Positions 58,268-64,000 of a stretch of 64,000 nt of DNA are shown piece by piece. Source of the stretch: an uncultured cyanobacterium (GTDB lineage Bacteria > Cyanobacteriota > Cyanobacteriia > Cyanobacteriales > CAWCAG01); the NCBI GenBank assembly GCA_963793425.1, contig CAWCAG010000009.1:1007037-1071036 (forward strand), in the 5' to 3' direction. How positions within the stretch are numbered: position 1 is the stretch's first letter; every line of letters begins with the position of its first letter. Both the position numbers and the translations under genes were made by a program. Under the pieces are notes generated by a model. That model searched no databases and was not told the DNA's origin. It worked only from the letters and a program-made list of their open reading frames with translations.

Positions 58268-60115
58268 TTGGTTTTATCAGACGTAGATATCACTCAGAAG
58301 AATCGAACTGAACTTTATGAGGCGATAGTTAATCTCGCTTATGGTCATTCACCGGAGTTTAGGAAGTCTATTGAGCTTAGCAAGCGCAGTGCAAAGAGGT
58401 TTTTTTGTGTAGCTGGTTGGAAGCTAATGCAGAAACCTTCAATAACTGAAGATGAACTTGTAGAAGAATTAGTTCAAGAGCTTCAAACAATGGGTTACAC
58501 TCTACAAGAAGCTGAAAATGAGACTGAGAAAGGCATTCAATTTTGGGAAGATAAACGTATTTTTTGTCGCTCCACTTTTGGACATAAAGATAGGGTCAGT
58601 TTTGTGCATTTATCTTTGTGCGAATATGCAGCAGGTAAATATGTTTCTCAACTAAACGACACGGCTTTGCAAAATTGGCTTAAGGAAGCTAAGAGAGATA
58701 CTAGATGGAAAGAAACAATATGTTTTGCATCCAGCTTAGGTATGGGAGAAAAGGTTGTCAGATGCTTACTTGATTTAAACGATTCAAGAGATTTAGATTT
58801 CCCTGAAATAATACTAGCTTTAGCAGTCACTATAGAGAACAAAAACATTCCAGCAGAGTTGTTAGAGACTTTAATATCTCGAATCCAACCTCAACTAGAG
58901 TCATCTGAGCCTGACAATATCTTTGAAATTACAGTAGGACTATTATCTATATTGCCAAAAGCCTCTAACTTGATTGGTGATTTAGCTAAAACTTTACTTG
59001 AAAATGACAATTTTCATACTCGTATAGCTGCTACAAGGCTTATTTTAGCTTGTAAAGAGGAAAACATTTGTCTAGATAAATTAACTCAGTTAATCAAAGA
59101 GATTTTATCAAATCCTATACCTAATATGAGATTATCATTTATGATTGGAGACAAAGGAAGCAAAAAATATGAGTGGGATATTAGAAATGAGATTATATTT
59201 TCTGGTTGTCAATTACTTCTGAAAAAGCGGCAAAATATTGAGACTCATAACCAGATATTGTTATTAATTTCTGAATGTTCTTTCATCGGTGCAGGTATAG
59301 TAGACTCAGTGAAGGAATTGTTGTCAAACAGCGCATCAACAAAGTTGCAGACAGAAGACGCAAAAGAATGGATTTCTTTTCTGCAAAAGCTCACACCTTC
59401 TGATAGTTTTCCTAAAAAACTAAAACTAGAATCTCCCAAAGACATCTTGAGGAAACTTAAAATCTCAGAGAGAGCTAGATTGGCTGATAAGACATTTCTA
59501 GAATCAATTTTTCGCATAGTTGGAGTACCCCAAGAACACGAAAAGCTTAAATATTCTTCTGTTGGAATAGAATTAGTTGCTTTAGGAACTCTTTTTAAGG
59601 GAATGGGGTTGTGGCACATACCAATAACTGCATGGAATATTTTGAGTAATTGTGATGACCCTGAAGCTGTTGATACTGTTCTTAAGGGTATGATTATTGC
59701 TTTAGACATTGATCAAGAGAGGCTTATGGCTGAAGCATCAAAGGTTCTAAATGATATAGAACGTTTCTTTTCGTTTGACTTAAATTCGGTTAAATCTGTA
59801 CTACAAAAGGACGAATATTCAGAAAGATTTTTTGAAACACTGGATTACTTATCCAGAGAGATTTATCAAGACAAAAAAGCCTCACTTGCTATGTACCGCC
59901 ATCTACCAAAAGTGCCTGTTATATACAAGTGGCATCTTGTTACTAATATTAGACTCTCTTCAAAAGTTTTAGTACGCGCCTTTGAGCATCCGTCAGCAGC
60001 AATTTCCCAAAACGCAGCTCTATTAGTAAAGTATGGAGCGGGAGGTGAAGAGGCAGTGAGATTGGCAAGAAAACTTGTAGGAGAGGAGGAATGGGAATCT
60101 TTTGAAAAAATGTAA
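58268..60115 (+). CDS. C-terminal part of the split NLR-like gene: NACHT helical/winged-helix region + helical-repeat sensor
   Basis: Same frame as 56855..58093. The frame is open from 58112 (..LRIAIALIETIFQNEKTLSLAQESPLLAGFIIRL..). FVHLSLCEYAAGKY is a typical NACHT winged-helix motif. It is followed by ~450 aa of leucine-rich helical repeats. Confidence 0.65.
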   Translation: MVLSDVDITQKNRTELYEAIVNLAYGHSPEFRKSIELSKRSAKRFFCVAGWKLMQKPSITEDELVEELVQELQTMGYTLQEAENETEKGIQFWEDKRIFCRSTFGHKDRVSFVHLSLCEYAAGKYVSQLNDTALQNWLKEAKRDTRWKETICFASSLGMGEKVVRCLLDLNDSRDLDFPEIILALAVTIENKNIPAELLETLISRIQPQLESSEPDNIFEITVGLLSILPKASNLIGDLAKTLLENDNFHTRIAATRLILACKEENICLDKLTQLIKEILSNPIPNMRLSFMIGDKGSKKYEWDIRNEIIFSGCQLLLKKRQNIETHNQILLLISECSFIGAGIVDSVKELLSNSASTKLQTEDAKEWISFLQKLTPSDSFPKKLKLESPKDILRKLKISERARLADKTFLESIFRIVGVPQEHEKLKYSSVGIELVALGTLFKGMGLWHIPITAWNILSNCDDPEAVDTVLKGMIIALDIDQERLMAEASKVLNDIERFFSFDLNSVKSVLQKDEYSERFFETLDYLSREIYQDKKASLAMYRHLPKVPVIYKWHLVTNIRLSSKVLVRAFEHPSAAISQNAALLVKYGAGGEEAVRLARKLVGEEEWESFEKM

Positions 60116-60197
60116 AAAAGAATAATTCCTTTATAAAAAATGTAGAGGCATAAAAAACACCTCTACACTCAACTTCCAAATAATTAAACTACTGAAA

Positions 60198-60483
60198 TTA
60201 GGTCAAAGCCATCGCGGGTTCTTCCCAACGTTCCACTGCCTTACCAATCACAGCTAACTCTTTAACCAAACGCTCAAAACGCTCTGGAGTTAGAGATTGT
60301 GGCCCATCAGACATCGCCTTAGCAGGGTTGGGATGCACCTCAATCATTAATGAATCTGTCCCTGCTGCGATACCTACGGTGGGCTTTGCCTACGCAGCTT
60401 TAGCCATCGGAGGAACATACTCCCATTTCCCTGTACCGTGGCTAGGATCGATCATAATTGGTAGGTGAGAAGCACGATCGCAA
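60198..60483 (-). pseudogene. Diverged duplicate of the 3' end of the DAHP synthase gene
   Basis: Collinear with 61205-61468. It encodes ...[10 protein letters not shown] with its own stop (60198-60200). It carries a ~25-nt replacement where the genuine gene has GCGATCGC, and it ends at CGATCGC (60475-81). A copy of the terminator hairpin lies beside it at 60141-60167. Confidence 0.8.
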
Positions 60484-60556
60484 AGCATCTCAACTCAGAA
60501 AAATCGCATTCTTGGCAGATAAGAAACCAAAATAAAAGAATCGCACCTTAAGCGAG

Positions 60557-60658
60557 GATGAAATTACCGGACTTGGTCTTTGGACGCAAAGCTTAATTGG
60601 TGTACTTAAGCCAAACTCAGAAAATTAAACTGCCCCCTATGATGTAACTTTAGAACTA
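60557..60658 (+). pseudogene. Fragment of the antitoxin-like gene, copy C
   Basis: Reads ..DEITGLGLWTQSLIGVLKPNSEN*TAPYDVTLELI, matching the middle of copy B (NEISGLNPWRQSLIGLIQPSPENQTTPYDLTLELS) but with an internal stop and no 5' part. Confidence 0.6.
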
Positions 60659-60723
60659 ATAAGATTTAAGTAATCTTAAAACATATAGAATACAGTCAAC
60701 TCTCCTATGCGGAGTTTTTATTT

Positions 60724-60933
60724 ATGACCTTAACTGAAATGCTTCCTGTAATCCGGCAGCTTTCTATAGTAGAAAAGCTTAAATTGATTCGGATTCTTGC
60801 AGAAGACCTAGAAGCGGCAGAGGATATTTCTCCTCTAGAACCGTTTAAGACCTATGACCTGCCAACTCCTTACAATAGCTTTGGATCTGGTGCTGTATTG
60901 ATGCAGGCAGTAGAGTCAGTAAACCAACCTTAA
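60724..60933 (+). CDS. Small hypothetical protein (69 aa), possibly antitoxin-like
   Basis: MTLTEMLPVIRQLSIVEKLKLIRILAEDLEAAED... ATG start, followed 5 nt later by the protease-like ORF. Confidence 0.4.
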   Translation: MTLTEMLPVIRQLSIVEKLKLIRILAEDLEAAEDISPLEPFKTYDLPTPYNSFGSGAVLMQAVESVNQP

Positions 60934-60938
60934 TTGTA

Positions 60939-61106
60939 ATGCGTTTTCGCTACTCTACTACCGATTCTTCCCAAAACGAGTTCGATAGCCTGCCACGAGT
61001 TTCAATCATTCTTCGTCGAGAAGGACACACTGTAGAAGCTCTCGGACTTGTTGATAGTGGTGCAACCATTAATGTTTTGCCCTATGAAATTGGTCTTCAA
61101 TTCTAA
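60939..61106 (+). pseudogene. Truncated retropepsin-like aspartyl protease ORF (55 codons)
   Basis: My translation: MRFRYSTTDSSQNEFDSLPRVSIILRREGHTVEALGLVDSGATINVLPYEIGLQF*. The DSGA active-site motif is present. The ORF is cut off where the mini copy of the aroF 3' end begins (61103). Confidence 0.5.
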
Positions 61107-61145
61107 GTTAAAGCCATCAGATGAGAAGCGCGATCGCAATATAAG

Positions 61146-61183
61146 ACAAAAAATGTAGAGGCATCAAAAAACACCTCTACACT
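61146..61183 (-). terminator. Intrinsic terminator of the DAHP synthase gene (duplicated at 60133-60168)
   Basis: Stem TGTAGAGG (61154-61) / CCTCTACA (61174-81), with a T6 run following on the minus strand. Confidence 0.7.
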
Positions 61184-61204
61184 TAAATTTTAAACTATCC
61201 AAGC

Positions 61205-62263
61205 CTAAGTTAAAGCCATCGCTGGCTCTTCCCAACGTTCTACTGCCTTACCAATCACAGCTAACTCCTTCACCAAACGGTCAAAACGTTCTGGAGTGAG
61301 AGATTGTGGCCCATCAGACATGGCTTTGGCGGGGTTGGGGTGAACTTCGAGCATTAATGAATCTGTTCCGGCTGCGATCGCCGCTTTAGCCATCGGGGGA
61401 ACATATTCCCATTTCCCAGTACCATGACTGGGATCAATCATGATGGGGAGGTGAGTTAGCGATCGCAACACAGGAATTGCGGCTAAATCTAAGGTATTGC
61501 GGGCATATTTACGGTCGAAGGTACGAATACCCCGTTCACAAAGAATTACATTAGGATTACCTGCTGCTAGGATATATTCTGCTGCCATTAATAAATCATC
61601 AATAGTTGCTGCCATACCCCTTTTGAGGAGGACTGGCTTATCTTGCGCCCCTACCTTCTTTAGCAAGGCGAAGTTTTGCATATTCCGCGCCCCAATTTGC
61701 ACCACATCGGCAACAGCGGAGATTTTTTCTACATCCGCAGTATCCATCACTTCTGTGATGATGCCTAAGCCTGTTGCTTCCCTCGCTGCTGCCAAGAAAT
61801 GTAAAGCACTTTCCCCATGACCTTGGAAAGCATAGGGAGAAGTGCGAGGCTTGTAAGCGCCACCCCGCAAGAATTTTGCCCCCGCAGCTTTAACTCGCTT
61901 AGCTGTTTCAACAATCATCTCCTCATTCTCCACAGAACAAGGGCCAGCCACTAAAACAATGGGATGATTTTCACTGAAGCTAACCTTACCATTCGGGGTA
62001 GAAACCACCACTTCACTAGGTTGCCCGTGGCGAAACTCCCGGCTAGCACGTTTGTAGGGGCGTTCTACTCGTAAAACCCTTTCAATCCAAGGGCTAACTT
62101 CCTGTAGTTGTAAAGGGTCTAAAGAAGCAGTATCTCCTACTAAACCAATCACAACTTTATGTTGACCAACAATTTTTTCTGGGGTTAAGCCCCAATCTGT
62201 AAATTCGGTGCTAACACGACTAATTTCCTCTTCTGGGGAACCAACTTTCATGACAACGATCAT
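61205..62263 (-). CDS. aroF: 3-deoxy-7-phosphoheptulonate (DAHP) synthase, type I-beta with N-terminal regulatory domain
   Basis: GAYKPRTSPYAFQG and the IDPSHG block. The N-terminal ~70-aa ferredoxin-like extension begins MIVVMKVGS. Confidence 0.9.
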   Translation of the reverse strand: MIVVMKVGSPEEEISRVSTEFTDWGLTPEKIVGQHKVVIGLVGDTASLDPLQLQEVSPWIERVLRVERPYKRASREFRHGQPSEVVVSTPNGKVSFSENHPIVLVAGPCSVENEEMIVETAKRVKAAGAKFLRGGAYKPRTSPYAFQGHGESALHFLAAAREATGLGIITEVMDTADVEKISAVADVVQIGARNMQNFALLKKVGAQDKPVLLKRGMAATIDDLLMAAEYILAAGNPNVILCERGIRTFDRKYARNTLDLAAIPVLRSLTHLPIMIDPSHGTGKWEYVPPMAKAAIAAGTDSLMLEVHPNPAKAMSDGPQSLTPERFDRLVKELAVIGKAVERWEEPAMALT

Positions 62264-62504
62264 CTATACAATCTCCGTATGCCCAGCAGTTTTAACCCTG
62301 GGAACAATAAATTAAGAATCGACAATTGAGAAAAATATTTTTAGTAACCTGCTTATGAGGTTCGCTTAACTATTTAGATATTTAATCAAACCGAGCATAA
62401 AGTTGCGATAAAAAACACAAAACTTTGATTGTCTTATTGATTTGGGTAACTTCCCTAAAATATTTTTAACCTAATTTTGGTTAATTTTCTTCCCTTGACT
62501 TGGC

Positions 62505-62954
62505 TTATTTTCTTCCGTCCCGCCAAGCGCTGGTAGTCCTCCTGAAGTTGGGGCCAACTTCTGCTAAACCTAGCCAACTACCTTGTCTGTTTTCATCCCA
62601 GGAACTAGAGAATAAACCATAGCTTAAGCCCAAAACACCTAGGCCAAAAAAGCCCATACTTACTAGCAAGACAGCAGAGGTGGGCAGTTTAAATAAATTG
62701 TGGGAGACAATCCAGTAGCTGACAAAGAAGCTAAGAATACCAAAGCTGGTGGGAATGCCAGAAAATAGTGCCATACGACGCACCATACGCTTACTTACAG
62801 CATCTGGTATGGCAGCAAGACTTGCCTCAGTTTTGCGAGGGGTTTTCTCCACAACTTTACTAGGAGAAGAAGAGGGAGGGGCTTTTTTTGGGGTTTTCTT
62901 CTTTTTGTTTTTGGGTTCAAAAGGCAGATGTTCCCCTTGAGATTCAGAAGACAT
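62505..62954 (-). CDS. PAM68-like photosystem II assembly factor (DUF3464 family)
   Basis: Lysine/proline-rich N-terminus, then IPDAVSKRMVRRMALFSGIPT and two transmembrane helices. Confidence 0.8.
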   Translation of the reverse strand: MSSESQGEHLPFEPKNKKKKTPKKAPPSSSPSKVVEKTPRKTEASLAAIPDAVSKRMVRRMALFSGIPTSFGILSFFVSYWIVSHNLFKLPTSAVLLVSMGFFGLGVLGLSYGLFSSSWDENRQGSWLGLAEVGPNFRRTTSAWRDGRK

Positions 62955-63061
62955 ATACAGCAGTTTTAATCAAAATGATTTATTCTAGACTTTGGTTTTG
63001 GCTAATCGCTAATTGCTTTACAAGGAGCGAGATTGCTTGTGGGTTAGGCTGTATAGTTTTG

Positions 63062-63331
63062 TTAGCGACGAATGCCTAAGCGCTTGATTAATTGGAGATA
63101 GCGTTCACGACTTTCGCTTTGAATGAAAGATAAGAGGCGACGGCGACGACCAATCATTTTTAGTAGCCCTCGGCGAGAAGCATAATCTTTTTTGTTCTTT
63201 TTAAGATGCTCAGTTAGTTGGTTAATGCGTTCAGTTAGCATTGCTACTTGTAGATCAGCAGAACCTGTATCGGTTTCATGCTTCTGATATTCAGACATTA
63301 ATTCTTGTTTGCGCTGTTGAGTGAGAGTCAT
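63062..63331 (-). CDS. rpsO: 30S ribosomal protein S15
   Basis: 89 aa: ...DTGSADLQVAMLTERINQLTEHLKKNKKDYASRRGLLKMIGRRRRLL.. Confidence 0.97.
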   Translation of the reverse strand: MTLTQQRKQELMSEYQKHETDTGSADLQVAMLTERINQLTEHLKKNKKDYASRRGLLKMIGRRRRLLSFIQSESRERYLQLIKRLGIRR

Positions 63332-63455
63332 AGTTGTTAGATTAAATTAATAAAACGCAGCAATTTACCATATTATCACTCCTCATAAGCTGTTTGGGCT
63401 TAAGAGGAGTGATTTTGGTGAGGGAGACTAGTTGAGATCAAGTCGCTCTGGGAAT

Positions 63456-64000
63456 TTATTGATTTTCCAAAGTTAAAGAATCTAGCAAAATTAAAGGTAA
63501 AGCTTCTTTGCTAATGCTTAGAGCATAACTGGAAGTTAAATAATCTTGGTACTCAGGCAATTGACCAATGTAAGTGCTGAAGAAAGCTAAGCTCAGGGCC
63601 TTAACATATTCTTGGGCTATTTTGGGATCAGGACCGACGGCTTCAGGGGGAAGGGGAATACTACCTTCGTCTTCGGCGATCGCAGAAAAATGTGTACCTC
63701 CTTTTAAAAGGGCTAGATATTTTGGGGGAGAGGTTAACCAAGTGAAGGGCATGATTTGCTCAACTAAAACTGGGGTAACGGTGTCGTCACTGCTACCAAA
63801 AATCATAATTGGTTGCTCAATTTTGCCGATTTCAGTTTCTCCAAAAATTGTACTATCTAGAGGATTGATCGCTATTACTGCGGCGATGCGGTCATCTTTT
63901 AACTCATAATTAGCGTCCTCTAAGTAAATAGCTTGACACTGAAGCAACAAAGAGATGTTAAGAAAATCGACATTACTATCAGATTGACAATCTGCTCGTA
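63456..64000 (-). CDS. Alpha/beta-hydrolase-like protein, C-terminal part (gene continues beyond window end)
   Basis: The frame stays open upstream of the tracked TTG (63950) to position 64000 (..RADCQSDSNVDFLNISLLLQCQ..). The C-terminal block GGTHFSAI is typical of dienelactone/PAF-acetylhydrolase-like hydrolases. Confidence 0.55.
   Translation of the reverse strand, partial: RADCQSDSNVDFLNISLLLQCQAIYLEDANYELKDDRIAAVIAINPLDSTIFGETEIGKIEQPIMIFGSSDDTVTPVLVEQIMPFTWLTSPPKYLALLKGGTHFSAIAEDEGSIPLPPEAVGPDPKIAQEYVKALSLAFFSTYIGQLPEYQDYLTSSYALSISKEALPLILLDSLTLENQ

Overview
The window is a chromosomal segment of a cyanobacterium. Evidence: psbA, psbU, a PAM68-like gene, frequent GCGATCGC (HIP1) palindromes and heptamer STRR-type tandem repeats. 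About three quarters is ordinary housekeeping DNA: peroxiredoxin, IscA-type protein, M48 and M16 peptidases, nadC, panD, a gyrA-family gene, a UPF0182 protein, rpsO, DAHP synthase, tRNA-Leu(CAA).

Items that stand out:
1. An ~8 kb conflict-system island (about 53.4-61.2 kb) lies between an RRM RNA-binding protein gene and the DAHP synthase gene. It holds a type II restriction-modification pair, an antitoxin/PIN pair, and an Mrr-nuclease/NACHT (bacterial NLR-like) gene split by an in-frame triple stop next to a small hairpin. Its flanks carry triplicated antitoxin modules and duplicated aroF 3' ends with terminator.
2. A standalone NERD nuclease + SF1 helicase + pentapeptide-repeat fusion protein (29957-32521).
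3. A guanidine-I (ykkC) riboswitch with terminator in front of an arginase-family hydrolase (19678-21045).
4. A catalase-related hemoprotein/lipoxygenase fusion gene (50104-52482).
5. A large TPR-CHAT gene whose array of ~121-bp TPR units is riddled with frameshifts (42257-45293).
6. Several other decayed or frameshifted genes: a CheY-like regulator, a TPS-domain adhesin cut by an IS remnant, a TnpB remnant, and a duplicated TPR-like gene.
7. Conspicuous 42-bp and 7-bp tandem repeats.

All family calls come from reading the translations for motifs; no database search was possible. Hand-derived coordinates (RNA elements, repeats, corrected starts) may be off by 1-2 nt.
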